From Azolla caroliniana (taxonomy: Eukaryota > Plantae > Polypodiophyta): 64,000 bases of DNA. This document shows positions 1 to 12,616 of this stretch, in pieces. The stretch covers positions 9,300,001 through 9,364,000 of the forward strand of contig JBHGNT010000010.1 in NCBI GenBank assembly GCA_043228905.1, in the 5' to 3' direction. The position numbers and the translations under genes are program-made. A model generated the notes under the pieces. The model saw nothing but the letters and a program-made list of their open reading frames with translations, was not told the origin of the DNA and made no database searches. Positions within the stretch are counted from its first letter, which is position 1, and each line of letters begins with the position of its first letter.

Positions 1-1148
1 TTATCCCTTAACTTACTAGATATCCATTCAATTAATTGACTATTTGTAACATTCATTTCCAATGGATACCCCAATTGTTGATAATTAGAGCCTTTCTTCA
101 CCACGGATCCTTGTCATCCTAAACATTCTAAATCACTTTCAGTACATGATATGAGACTAGACTTCCTCCAATTAATATGTAATCCGGAAGCCAATGCAAA
201 TTGGTTCCACATAAGCATCCACTTCTCAAAATTCTCTCATGAGGATTGTAGAAACATGAAAGAATCATCGTCCAAAGCTTGTGCTACTAGTTGCTCTCTA
301 GACAGAAGGTGTAGACCCACAATGTCACCATTTGTTGCAAGCCTTGATAACATCACTAACAATCATGGATGAGTAACAATAGCAAATAACAATGGGCTAA
401 GTGGGCATCTTTGACGAACATATATTGTGAGGGCAATATCTGATGTAACTCCCCCATTAAGCATTACTTGAGACACCACATCTTGTCCTAATAAAAATAT
501 GAGGCGAGACATACATGGTCCAAAGCCCATTTTATGCATTAACCTATAAACAAAAGACCAATTAACATGATCATAAGCATTATCCAAATCTAATTGCACC
601 ATAATCAATTCTTGATGAGTGTTATGTGCATAATCCATTGCCATTTGAACATTCAATACATTATGCAATATATTCCTACCTGCAATAAAACCATATTGGG
701 TGCGATGTATCAACTTTGGCAAATACTTTTGTAATCTATTTGCCAAGTCCTTTGTAAATATCTTATACAAAACCCCTTCAAAGAAATAGGTCTCCATTGA
801 TGAAATGACTCAGGAGATGCCACCTTCGGAACTAATTTAATTAGACCAACCTTCCAAGCTTGAGGCATACAACCATAATCCCAACAATGTTGAAACATCA
901 AGGTTAAGGGCCCCTTAAAAATGTTTGAATATCACTTAAAAAAATCATTTTTCAAGCCATCCCAAACAAGGCTCTTACCACTAGGAATATCGCTTAAAAC
1001 CATGTCCACATCATCCTCAGTGAAATCCATATCCAATTCATGACTAATGAGGTCGTGCACAATACATCCAACCACATCATGAAACTCATGGCATGATCTA
1101 CTCACCTCATTTGTCATTAACAATTGCGGGCCAATCAACTCCTTAAAG
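1..1148 (-). pseudogene. Degenerate L1-type LINE ORF2 (reverse transcriptase) fragment
   Basis: ORFs 363-797, 710-901, 932-1138 give WRPISL, QYGFIAGRNILHNV, LDLDNAYDHVNW, RQRCPLSPLLF; frameshifted. Frame continues across the G1 insertion (IDICIHYFK at ~35625 joins ELIGPQ at ~1140). Confidence 0.9.
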
Positions 1149-1602
1149 TGTCATGATATTGCATGGTATGGCTCCAAAAGAATTTGAACCCATGACCTTG
1201 TATTACATTGATTAAACCCTTACCATTAAATTATGCATTATAATACAACAAATATTATTTCATTTATTATTTCACTATAGGAAATTCATGTATATTCCAG
1301 ATTACTCTGGAACATTCTAGAAACAATAGGAGTACTCCCAACAACACTATAAATAGAGGCACAAGGCATTATTCTGAACCAATTCGATTCAACGCCAGTC
1401 TTAAGCCTCCTAGCTGTTCTTGTATATTTCTTCATATAATATACTTTTTGTCATCATTCTCTCTCTCTACTCTCCCTCTCTCTCCCTCTCTCTCTTCCCC
1501 TCTTGTGATTCTCACACACTCTTTCCCTTCTTAGTACTAATCCTCATTCTTCCCCTCTATCTTTAGTACTAATTCTCCTTGCCTCTAGTACTATCCCTGA
1601 CA
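1149..1602 (+). repeat. G1 5' LTR
   Basis: TGTCA...TGACA; TATAAATA at 1348; direct repeat of 35169-35618. Confidence 0.92.
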
Positions 1603-2205
1603 ATTTGAACCGAATTCCCCATCTTCTTATGCCTCCTTCCCTTCATACTAATCCTCTTATCCTTCCTCCAATACTAAATGGAAATTGTTAGTGCTCAAGA
1701 ATACCAATCCATTTTCTCGAAGCTCTAGTGCTTAAAAGAAAACTTTGTAGCACTAGAACAAGAAAATCAATGTTTTTGGGGGGATCTTCAACAAATAGCT
1801 CTAGAAAAACAATTACAACACAGGAAGCTGACGTTACGTGTGCAACAACTTGAAGCAACTATTGTGTCATTGCAGCAACAGGGACCAAGCACTCAAGGGA
1901 CTCCCAAAGAACCCAAGATCGGTCTTCTTATGAAGTTCGATGGAATGTGATCACAGTTTAGAGGATTTCTTAATCAAGTACGTTTGGTGATTCTGTTGAG
2001 AGTCGAACTCAACTTCCCATAGAGATAGGTTTCACACTAGCTCATGGACACACCAGACTAGTTTTGTAAATAGTTGAAAGGGCACTTGCCCTAGCCTAGT
2101 TGGTATTTAAACCAACCCTTTGTAACTTAGTGGTTGTTGGAAGTAATACACCATTTCTTGTTCGATCTCTCTCTCTCTCTCTCTCTCTCTTTGCATGTCT
2201 TATGT

Positions 2206-2259
<54 letters not shown>

Positions 2260-2908
2260 ATCTTCCGCTGCATTAAATCTCTCTCAATTCTTTACATGGT
2301 ATCAGAGCGTGTGGTTATCTGATCAAACTCACTCAATTGTGCTGTGATCACAACACTGATGATCATTAGAACTGGTTCAAGCAATAGAGAAGAAATCGAA
2401 ATCATGAACACTCAGATGGGAAGCACTCTTCCTACAAAGAAGCTAGATCGAACAAACTTCGCATATTGGGAGTACAAGATGCATCAATATCTTGTCGGAC
2501 AAGGCTACTGGAGCTATATTGAAGGTGCCCACGAAATGCAACCCAACCCAACACACGTTGACTACCCAACCTGGGAGCAGGCCACGAGCCGTGTGTTGTA
2601 CTGCCTTGCATTATGCGTTCATGATCACATGCTCGGCTACATTCGAGATTCAAAAACACCGAAAGAGGTGTGGGACAATCTCAAGAAGATTTTCGCAGCC
2701 AACACGGCTACACGTAAGCTCCAACTCTGAGAGGAGCTAAATAGTATTCAACAAAGGGACATGTCAATCTACACCTACACCTTGAATATCAAGGAGTTGT
2801 GTGATGCCTTCGGGTCGATTAATATCGTCATCGATGATGAAGAAATTGTTGGGATTTCGGTCCCTCCGGATGGGATGTCCGGAGATGAATGACGGCAAGC
2901 CCGGTTGC

Positions 2909-3040
2909 GGTTACGGAGCCGGATGACGAAGACCCCGGCTACGGAGCCGGATGCTGAAGACCCCGGTTACGGAGCCGGATGACGAAGACCCCGGCTACGG
3001 AGCCGGATGCTGAAGACCCCGGTTACGGAGCCGGATGACG
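2909..3040 (+). repeat. 28-bp tandem repeat in U3 of C2 LTR (GGYTACGGAGCCGGATGMYGAAGACCCC)
   Basis: 4 full plus 1 partial unit in the 5' LTR; 5 plus 1 partial in the 3' LTR (~7702-7861). Confidence 0.9.
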
Positions 3041-3555
3041 TATGTACCCGGAGAGAGAGAGATCCGGATGCGGGGACATATTTGTGAATATGTTTGCCAA
3101 GGGCCCTTGAGGCTATATTTGTAAATAGCCCGAAAGTCATATATGTATAAATATGACTTAGGGCAAACAGTTTTATGTTGCTGCTCATTTTTCTGTTTTC
3201 ACTTAGAGGGAGCGAAGTGAGAGCAGCCGCGAGAGAGAGAGAGAGAGAAACGAAGAGGTCGACGCCTCTGTGTAATACCGCCGCCTGTGGCGAGGACAGC
3301 GAGCTCAAGGTCGTCGCCTTGCAGCTCGCCACTGTATATTCCAGTGTATAGTGATAGTTGGAGTTGTGCACTCCCGTGGTTTTTTTTTCCCGTTTAGGGT
3401 TTTCCACGTTAATCCCAGTGTAATCGTGTACTTCTCTCTTTGGTTCCTATTTTTCTGCTCCATTGATCCGTGATTACTCGGTTGTGGCCGAGGGAAGAAG
3501 GTGAATCGAAGCGGTGATTTCCAACAATCTGGTATCAGAGCGACTGTTGCAGAAA

Positions 3556-6500
3556 ATGGAAGGCGGCGGCAGCGGGCAGCCGGGGATGATGGTGCTGAAT
3601 GCACAGAATTACGCCGACTGGAAGATCAAGATGGAGGATCTTCTGATTGTTCGGGACCTGTACGAACCGATTGACAGGTCGGAAATACCGAAAGGGGTAC
3701 TTGAGTCGGAATGGAGGCTTCTGAACCGGAAAGCCGTTGCAACCATTCGGCAATACGTCGACGTGAGCGTCCTACAACATGTGGCAAACGACACCAACGC
3801 ATATGAAATGTGGAAGAAGCTGTCGGGCCTCTACGAGAGGAAGAATGCGTTGAACCGGACCTCCCTGATGAGGAAGATTGTGAATCTCAAGTACCGGGAC
3901 GGCGAGAGTATGGTGGAACACGTAAGCACGTTCATGGGATTCGTGAATCAGCTTGCGGCGATCAAGTTCCCGTTGGAGGATGCAATGCAAGCCATCATCC
4001 TGATGTGTACATTGCCGGACAGCTGGGAGAACTTGGTGGTGACTCTCAGCACCTCCTGCGCCGAAGATAACTTGTCTCTACAAACGGTAAAGACAAGTAT
4101 TTTGAACGAAGAAGCGCGTCGGAGAGATAAAGAACCGGTCTCCGACTCGAAGGCGCTGCTTACCGAATCGGATCGGGGAAGACAATGGAACCGGAGTCCG
4201 CAAAGACGGGAGAAGTCGGGGACCCGGTCGCAGTCAAGAGGAAGGCCCACATGCTTCCACTGTGGGAAGCCGGGGCACTTCCGGAAGAATTGTCGGCATT
4301 ACCGAAAGGACAACGGAGCCGACGACACCGATTCGAAGAAGTCACCGGAGAGAAACGGTGCATACCGGGGAGCCACGGACCGGAGAGGTCCGGATCGGCG
4401 AGGGCAGGACCGGAAAGGAACGACGGCACTCGCGGCAAGTGAAGAAGAGATAATGCTTATTACCGAAGAGAGGGAGCTGAACCTTGCCGGTGTAGAGATG
4501 ACCTGGGTGGTCGATTCCGGAGCGTCGTTCCACCTGACCCCGGAGAAGAAATACTTCTCATCCTACACAGCCGGTGAGCACGGCTGTGTCCGGATGGGAA
4601 ATGAAGGCACATGCCGGATTGCCGGCATAGGAGACGTGTGGCTGATGACATCAACCGGATGCAAGATGCTGCTGAAGGATGTGCGACACGTTCCGGAGGT
4701 CCGATTGAACCTGATCTCGGCCGGGAGGCTAGATGATGAAGGCTACACGGGTAGCATCCGGAACGGTGTCATGAAGTTCAGCAAGGGGAGCCTGATAGTG
4801 GCTCGGGCCCGGAAGGTCAACACACTGTACCTGATGAATACCCGGTTATGTCCGGAAGAGCTGAATGTGGCAGCCGACACTGCCGGTGAGCTGTGGCACA
4901 AAAGACTGTGCCACATGAGTGAGAAGGGGATGAAGAGGCTTGCAGAAGACAACCTTATTCCAGTGAAGCATGTGCACCTGGAGAAGTGCACCGACTGTCT
5001 GGCCGGTAAGCAAAACCGGACCTCCTTCCACTCAAGGCCACCGACGAGACGTAGCGCACCATTGGAGTTGGTGCACACCGATGTGTGTCAGGTAGAAACG
5101 AAGTCACATGGCGGAGCCCAGTACTTCGTAACATTCATTGATGATCACAGCCGGAAGCTGTGGACGGCCCCGTTGAAGACAAAGGACCAAGTATTGTCCG
5201 TCTTCAAAGATCTCCACGCGAGAGTGGAAAGGGAATCCGGCAAGAAGCTGAAAGCGATACGAGCGGATAACGGAGGGGAATACCGGGGGCAGTTCCAGGA
5301 GTACTGTCGCACGAAGGGAATCCGGCTCGAGTTTACTGTGCCGAAGACGCCGGAACTGAACGGGCTGGCCGAGAGGATGAACCGGACCATAATGGAGAGG
5401 GTCCGGAGTATGCTGGCGCATGCGAAATTACCCAAGGGATTTTGGGCTGAGGCAATGTCGACTGCGACGTATGTGATAAATAGATCACCCTCAGTACCTT
5501 TGGACGGAGACACGCCGCAGAAAGTGTGGACCGGTAAGGAAGTGTCCTACCGGCATCTGAAGGTGTTCGGGTGTCTCGTATACGTACATGTGGCAAAGGA
5601 CCGGAGAGGAAAGTTAGATCCAAAGACCCGGCCATGCATATTCCTCGGTTACGGCGACGACGAGTTCGGCTACCGAGTATGGGACCCGGTCGACAAGAAG
5701 ATATTCAGGAGTCGAGACATCATCTTCATGGAGGACGAGACACTCGCCGACTGGGAGTCGGAGAAGAAGATGAAGAGCTCAAAGTCGACCGGTGAGGATC
5801 AACTCTACGAGGAGCAGTCCCGACCGGCAAGGGACCGGTTAGCACTCGAGGATCCGGCCGAAGACGGTGAAGAAACAGAACCGGCCGAAGAAGATGAAAA
5901 TGATACCGGAACCGGCCCCGATCCCGAAATGGATTCGGATGAAGAAGAATCGGAAGAACCGGTTACCGAAGCTCTGGAACGGAGATATCCTCTAAGAGAG
6001 AGAAGGGCCCCCCGGAGATTTCCGGAACCAGAGCACGTGCTGCTAACCGACGAAGGGGAGCCGGAGAGCTTTGAAGAAGCAAAGCATGACACCCAGAGCC
6101 GCAGGTGGTTGAGTGCCATGCAGGACGAGATGGATTCCCTGCATGAGAACCACACATATGAACTTGTGGAGTTGCCGAAAGGAAAGCGGGCACTTCGAAA
6201 CAAGTGGGTGTTCAAGCTGAAACCGGGAGATGCCGGAAACCCCCCGAGATACAAAGCCCGGATCGTGGTGAAGGGGTTTCAGCAGAAGAAGGGCGTCGAC
6301 TTCGACGAGATATTTGCCCCGGTAGTGAAGATGACCTCCATCCGGACGGTGCTGAGCATAGCGGCAAGCATGGACCTCGAGGTAGAACAGATGGACGTGA
6401 AGACGGCATTCCTTCACGGTGACCTCGAAGAAGAGATCTACATGCAGCAACCGGAAGGATTCGAGAAGAAAGGGAAGGAGCACCTGGTATGCCGGTTGAA

Positions 6501-7629
6501 GAAGAGCCTTTACGGACTGAAGCAGGCTCCCCGGCAATGGTACCGGAAGTTCGACTCCTTCATGACCGACGAAGGGTACCTCAAAACGCAGTCTGACCAC
6601 TGCGTGTTTGTGAAGAAGTTCGAAGGAGGAGACTTTCTAATACTCCTCCTGTACGTGGACGACATGTTGATCGTCGGACGAGACCAGGTCAAGATACGGA
6701 TGCTGAAGAAGGCTCTTCACCGAACCTTCTCAATGAAGGACTTGGGTCCGGCGAGACAAATACTAGGGATGCACATCATCCGGGACCGGAGCAAGAAGCA
6801 GTTGTGGCTGTCACAAGAGAAGTACGTGACAAAGGTGCTTCAACGGTTCAACATGTCGGAAGCAAGACCGGTCGGATCAACCCTACCGGCAAACTGCAAG
6901 CTGTCCAGCAAGCAAAGTCCCAAGACAAAGGCTGAAAAGGAGGATATGATGAAAGTGCCGTATGCCTCAGCCGTCGGGAGCTTGATGTACGCCATGGTGT
7001 GTACGAGACCGGACATAGGATATGCAGTCGGAGTGGTGAGCCGGTACATGAGCAATCCCGGCAAAGAGCATTGGAACGCGGCCAAATGGATACTCCGATA
7101 CCTGAAGGGCACGGCAAACATGTGCCTCCGATTCGGCTCCGGCAAGCCCGAACTCGACGGCTTCACCGATTCGGATATGTCGGCTGATGCAGATACCAGC
7201 CGGTCCACATCAGGGTATGTGATGACGTATGCAGGGGGAGCTGTTTCATGGCAGTCGAGGCTGCAGAAGACGGTTGCGTTGTCAACCACGAAGGCGGAGT
7301 ACATGGCGGCTGTTGAAGCCGGCAAGGAAATAATATGGATGAAGGACTTCATTAGAGAGCTCGGCATCCAACAGGAGGAGTACCGACTCTACTGCGACAG
7401 TCAGAGTGCAATCCACCTTGCGAAGAACGCGGCCTATCACTCCCGGACGAAGCACATCCAGCGTAGATACCACTGGATCCGGGAAAGGATAGAAGACAAG
7501 GAGTTCGTGCTGGCGAAGATCCACACGGACGAGAACGGCTCAGATATGCTGACCAAAGTGCTCACACCCGACAAGCTGGAAGCATGCCGGAAGAGGATCG
7601 GATTGGAGAGACATCCCATGCCGAAGTGA
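3556..7629 (+). CDS. gag-pol: Copia Gag-Pol polyprotein, 1357 aa, uninterrupted
   Basis: CCHC knuckle CFHCGKPGHFRKNC, protease WVVDSGASFH, GAG-pre-INT LWHKRLCH, integrase (RADNGGEY, NGLAERMN), RT LYVDDML, RNase H YCDSQSAI/KHIQRRYH. Confidence 0.97.
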   Translation: MEGGGSGQPGMMVLNAQNYADWKIKMEDLLIVRDLYEPIDRSEIPKGVLESEWRLLNRKAVATIRQYVDVSVLQHVANDTNAYEMWKKLSGLYERKNALNRTSLMRKIVNLKYRDGESMVEHVSTFMGFVNQLAAIKFPLEDAMQAIILMCTLPDSWENLVVTLSTSCAEDNLSLQTVKTSILNEEARRRDKEPVSDSKALLTESDRGRQWNRSPQRREKSGTRSQSRGRPTCFHCGKPGHFRKNCRHYRKDNGADDTDSKKSPERNGAYRGATDRRGPDRRGQDRKGTTALAASEEEIMLITEERELNLAGVEMTWVVDSGASFHLTPEKKYFSSYTAGEHGCVRMGNEGTCRIAGIGDVWLMTSTGCKMLLKDVRHVPEVRLNLISAGRLDDEGYTGSIRNGVMKFSKGSLIVARARKVNTLYLMNTRLCPEELNVAADTAGELWHKRLCHMSEKGMKRLAEDNLIPVKHVHLEKCTDCLAGKQNRTSFHSRPPTRRSAPLELVHTDVCQVETKSHGGAQYFVTFIDDHSRKLWTAPLKTKDQVLSVFKDLHARVERESGKKLKAIRADNGGEYRGQFQEYCRTKGIRLEFTVPKTPELNGLAERMNRTIMERVRSMLAHAKLPKGFWAEAMSTATYVINRSPSVPLDGDTPQKVWTGKEVSYRHLKVFGCLVYVHVAKDRRGKLDPKTRPCIFLGYGDDEFGYRVWDPVDKKIFRSRDIIFMEDETLADWESEKKMKSSKSTGEDQLYEEQSRPARDRLALEDPAEDGEETEPAEEDENDTGTGPDPEMDSDEEESEEPVTEALERRYPLRERRAPRRFPEPEHVLLTDEGEPESFEEAKHDTQSRRWLSAMQDEMDSLHENHTYELVELPKGKRALRNKWVFKLKPGDAGNPPRYKARIVVKGFQQKKGVDFDEIFAPVVKMTSIRTVLSIAASMDLEVEQMDVKTAFLHGDLEEEIYMQQPEGFEKKGKEHLVCRLKKSLYGLKQAPRQWYRKFDSFMTDEGYLKTQSDHCVFVKKFEGGDFLILLLYVDDMLIVGRDQVKIRMLKKALHRTFSMKDLGPARQILGMHIIRDRSKKQLWLSQEKYVTKVLQRFNMSEARPVGSTLPANCKLSSKQSPKTKAEKEDMMKVPYASAVGSLMYAMVCTRPDIGYAVGVVSRYMSNPGKEHWNAAKWILRYLKGTANMCLRFGSGKPELDGFTDSDMSADADTSRSTSGYVMTYAGGAVSWQSRLQKTVALSTTKAEYMAAVEAGKEIIWMKDFIRELGIQQEEYRLYCDSQSAIHLAKNAAYHSRTKHIQRRYHWIRERIEDKEFVLAKIHTDENGSDMLTKVLTPDKLEACRKRIGLERHPMPK

Positions 7630-10600
7630 AGGGGGAGTTTGTTGGGATTTCGGTCCCTCCGGATGGGATGTCCGGAGATGAATGACGGCAAGCCCGGTTG
7701 CGGTTACGGAGCCGGATGACGAAGACCCCGGTTACGGAGCCGGATGACGAAGACCCCGGCTACGGAGCCGGATGCTGAAGACCCCGGTTACGGAGCCGGA
7801 TGACGAAGACCCCGGCTACGGAGCCGGATGCTGAAGACCCCGGTTACGGAGCCGGATGACGTATGTACCCGGAGAGAGAGAGATCCGGATGCGGGGACAT
7901 ATTTGTGAATATGTTTGCCAAGGGCCCTTGAGGCTATATTTGTAAATAGCCCGAAAGTCATATATGTATAAATATGACTTAGGGCAAACAGTTTTATGTT
8001 GCTGCTCATTTTTCTGTTTTCACTTAGAGGGAGCGAAGTGAGAGCAGCCGCGAGAGAGAGAGAGAGAGAAACGAAGAGGTCGACGCCTCTGTGTAATACC
8101 GCCGCCTGTGGCGAGGACAGCGAGCTCAAGGTCGTCGCCTTGCAGCTCGCCACTGTATATTCCAGTGTATAGTGATAGTTGGAGTTGTGCACTCCCGTGG
8201 TTTTTTTTTCCCGTTTAGGGTTTTCCACGTTAATCCCAGTGTAATCGTGTACTTCTCTCTTTGGTTCCTATTTTTCTGCTCCATTGATCCGTGATTACTC
8301 GGTTGTGGCCGAGGGAAGAAGGTGAATCGAAGCGGTGATTTCCAACAGAAATAGTGCAAATATGCCTCGGAGGCTTGGCACCTCTATTCAGCGCAATAAG
8401 GTCGACCGTTCTCGCGAGAGAGAATCCTCCCTCCTTCTTCGATCTCCGATCAATACTACTGGTCGAAGAAAACCATGTTCGACAAAGGAACAACTCACGT
8501 GATGGTTAGATGCTCTATTCGAACCTCGATGGAGGAAGAGGACAAGGTTGAGGAAATAGAGGCCAATTCGGACGAGGCCGACACAACCAAGAACAACCCC
8601 GTGAAAACAACTTCTACTATCGACAAGACACGTCAAACACACGAGGCAGAGCGTTCGGAAGAAGGGGGAGTCATCTTGCCAGACCAAGCAATCGTAACAA
8701 CCGATCGAATGCGGGTACTATAGAAAACTCGGCCACTACGAAGAGGAGTCCTGAAAGAAGAAGCGAGACTCCGCTTCTACTAGTCGACAACTCACAATTA
8801 CGCATCGAATTCCAACTATGACGATCGTAGCGGAATGTTCATGATGAGGCACAAAGCACACTAAATGGCGACACAAGGTGAAACAAGCACTTGCACCCTC
8901 AGATAATGTATGGTTCATTGACTCAAGAGCATCTAATCATATGACATCTCATGAAGATTGGTTTCGAGAATTACGAAAGCCCGAACGGCCCAGATATGTC
9001 GAAACAGGCGATGACACAACTCATTCAATACGGCATATCGGGAACGTCCCATTCGGAAAGAACGACAAACAAACCTACCTCAAAAATGTCCTGCATGTCC
9101 CAACCATCACAAAAAACCTGGCCTCGTTCAGCTAGATTGTCGAACAAGGCATGCAAGTATGATTCAACATTGACAGATGCTTCATTGAAAAAGACGATCG
9201 AGTCGTAGCTCACGGCCGTCGAGAAGGGCGAATGTTTATCCTCGAGTCGAGCGAGGTGAAGTCCGCTATGTTTGCTAAAGGCATCAAAGTCGAAATTGAC
9301 TTGAAACTGTGGCACAAGCAAATTGGCCACATCAATCTCCAGAAGCTCCAGAACATGCAATCAAAAGGAGTCGTAATTGGACTCCTGAACTTGAAGGAGA
9401 TTGCGGGCGTATGCAAGTCGTGCCAGTTCGGAAAACAATGCCGACATCCATTTCAAAATGAGCGGAATGTGAGCAAAGGGATCTTGGATGTCGTACATTC
9501 AAATGTATGGGGTTCGGCACAAACAACCACATTCGGCGGATGTTGATATTATGTCACGTTCATTGATGACTTATCCAGGCACACTTGGATCTACTCGATG
9601 AAACACAAGAGCGAAGTGTTCGGCCACTTCCAAAGGTTCAAAAACGAAGTCGAAAAGACTACGGGATTGCACGTATGATGTCTTCGACCAGATGGAGGCA
9701 AAGAATACTTCTCGGACAAATTTATGGCATATCTTCGAAAGGAAGGAATTCAACGAGAATTCTCATGCCAGCACACACCTCAGCAAACGGTGTAGCCAAC
9801 TGAAAATCGGCACATAGTAGAGGCTTCACGGGCAATGATGAATGAGAAGAACCTGCTGAAATCATTCTGGGCAGAAGCGACTACCACAATCGTATACCTC
9901 ATGAACAGGTGTACAACCTTAGGGGTACACGACGTAACCCCGTATGAGATATTTTTCGGAAAGAAGCCTGAGTTATCACACGTGCGTATTTTCGGTTAGA
10001 CCCAAAGTTAGAGAAATGTATCCTCATAGGATACTCATTGGAGAAAAAGGGGTACAAGTGCTATAACCCCTCAACTCGAAAAGCTCGAGTAAGTCAAGAC
10101 GTTGTTTTCGACGAGTTCGCATCCTGGTACACACCAGAGACAACTTCGACTCTGATTCCGCTCGACTCGGAATCCGCCGAAATAGAGATAAAGGACAAAG
10201 ATCGGCTCACGCACTTGTTCGAAGAAACCCCGATTACGACAAGGCTTAGTGGGCCTCAAGAGCCTCCGAGCGATCAAAGCACATCTCGGCCGAGTCCGAA
10301 GCTAGACAAAGGAAAGACGAAAATGCCAAAATATGAAGACTTGATGGACAATGAGTCAACTCACATTGAGTTCGAAGGCCTCGGCATCTAGATAAATGGA
10401 GTGAAGAAAGCCATTACGGCTGCAAATGAAAAACTCCTTCAGTCCACCCGTGGAAAGAATCTTGTAAGTCGATACAGCTACGATAAGTACATGGCCTGTA
10501 CATGGTGTACCATTATGCCTTTATAATGAAGGTTGCAACTGTAAGGGAGCCGGAAACCTTTTCCGAAGCCGCCAAGGACCCGCGATGGGTCAACGCAATG

Positions 10601-12516
10601 AATGAAGAAATGCAAGCCTTATGCAAAAACGAGACATGGGATCTCGTTCCTTAGTCTCCGCACAAGAAAGCGATTGGATTCAGATGGATTTACAAAGAGA
10701 AACACAATGCCGACGGCTTCGTAAATCGCTTCAAAGCATGACTCATAGCAAAAGGATACGCACAAACACATGGAGTCGATTACGAAGAGAATTTTTCCAC
10801 GGTGGCAAAGATGACAACGGTGCAGACCGTGATCTCATTCGCAGCAGCGGAAGGGTGGCACCTTCACTAGATTGACACGTCAAGAACGCTTTTCTTCAAG
10901 GAGAATTGGAAGAGGTGTACATGGTACAACTACCCGACTTTGAATCATGTACTCATCTAAAAGCTGTGTGCAGACTCAAGAAGCCCTTCTACGGTCTTAA
11001 GCAAGCACCGCATGCTTGGCATTCGAAGCTCACGTAGTATCTTCACCAAATCAGATTTCTAATGTTGAAATCGGACAACTCCCTATACATCCGAAATGAG
11101 TTGAACAACCCGATAGTCATCATTCTATACGTGGATGATTTGGTAATCGGAGGACTAAATCTAGCCGAAGTCAATACGGTGAAATCACTTATATCCGGCA
11201 TATTTGACATGAAAGATATGCAGGAACTCCATTAATTCCTTGGCATTGAAGTAATTCAGACCCCAATCGGGATCTTGATCTCTCAACGACACTACGTTCT
11301 CAACTTACTTTACAAGTTCAGAATGACCGAGTGCAAACTTGTGTCTAGTCCTCTTGATCGTAATCTCAAGCTCGATGTCGATTCCAGCACAACAGAGTGC
11401 GAGCCAACTCAGTATCGCCAACTGATCGGCGACCTCATCTACCTAACCATCACACGAACTGACCTCATCTATTTTGTTGGCCTACTTAGCCAATTCATGT
11501 AGAACCCACCAAATCTCCATCTCGATTACGCTATGAGGATACTTCGGTATGTCAGTGGTACAATGGATTAGGGCATTATGTACAAAGTTGAATATGCTCA
11601 TTCGACTCAAAGGGTACATAGACGCAGACTGGGCTGGATATAAGGATGGTACACGATCGACATCCGGATTCGTCTTCTCCCTCGGCAGCTGAGCGATCTC
11701 GTGGAGCGGCAAAAACCAACCGACAATCGCACTGTTGAGCACGGAGGCTGAATACAGGGGCACGATAGCCATTGCATGCGAAGCCGTATAGCTGAAGCAC
11801 GTACTAAAGGATCTGGGCGTACCCATCAAAGATCCGATTTGCTTATACTGTGACAACATGAGCAGTATCTACCTGGCTCGCAACCCCGTATTTCACGAGC
11901 GGACTAAACACATCGAAGTGCACTACCACTTCATTTGCGAGCGCGTTCAGGCCGGAGAAATTGATCTACAACACATCAATACGCACCTCAAGTCGCTGAT
12001 ATCTTTACGAAGGACTTAGGTGTTGACAAGCTCGGGAAATTCACATCTGACCTTGGTCTCACGATATCCACATTGCCAAGCTTGAGGGGGAGTACAACAA
12101 GCTACACGGAAGCAACCGATAAGCAGCCAACACAGAAGTAGCCGATCACTTGATCGAAGCCAACTAGATGATTCGAAGTACGATGACAACAGTTGAGCCG
12201 AACAAGGAGCATGAACCCGAAAAGTCAAAGAAGAGTTTGGATGAGTAGGATTACGAAAGCTAGAATCTGATTCATTCGAATCGAAGTACTCCGAAGACCG
12301 AACCAAAACAACTTTTCGACAGATGGAAGTTGTATTCGAAGGGGCGTGTCGAGAGTCGAACTCAACTTCCCATTGAGATAGGTTTCACACTAGCTCATGG
12401 AAACACCATGCTAGTTTTGTAAATAGCTGAAAGGGCGCTTGCCCTAGCCTAGTTGGTATTTAAACCAACCCTTTGTAACTTAGTGGTTGTTGGAAGTAAT
12501 ATACAACTTCTTGTTT

Positions 12517-12569
<53 letters not shown>

Positions 12570-12580
12570 GTGTCTTACGT

Positions 12581-12616
<36 letters not shown>

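Larger units (their letters stand above)
2847..8347 (+). mobile_element. C2a: young, structurally intact Ty1/copia (Tnt1/Tto1-like) nested in C1 gag
   Basis: LTRs 2847-3526 and 7640-8347; TSD GAAAT (2842-2846, 8348-8352); tRNA-iMet PBS 3530-3541; PPT AGGGGGAG at 7630. Confidence 0.97.

Noticed and set aside
2909-3040. 28-bp repeats as a CRISPR array
   Set aside because: Head-to-tail units with no spacers, inside a eukaryotic LTR, and no cas genes.
5805-7367. Long antisense ORFs in C2 copies
   Set aside because: Shadow frames of a GC-rich gag-pol; their recurrence only reflects copy identity.
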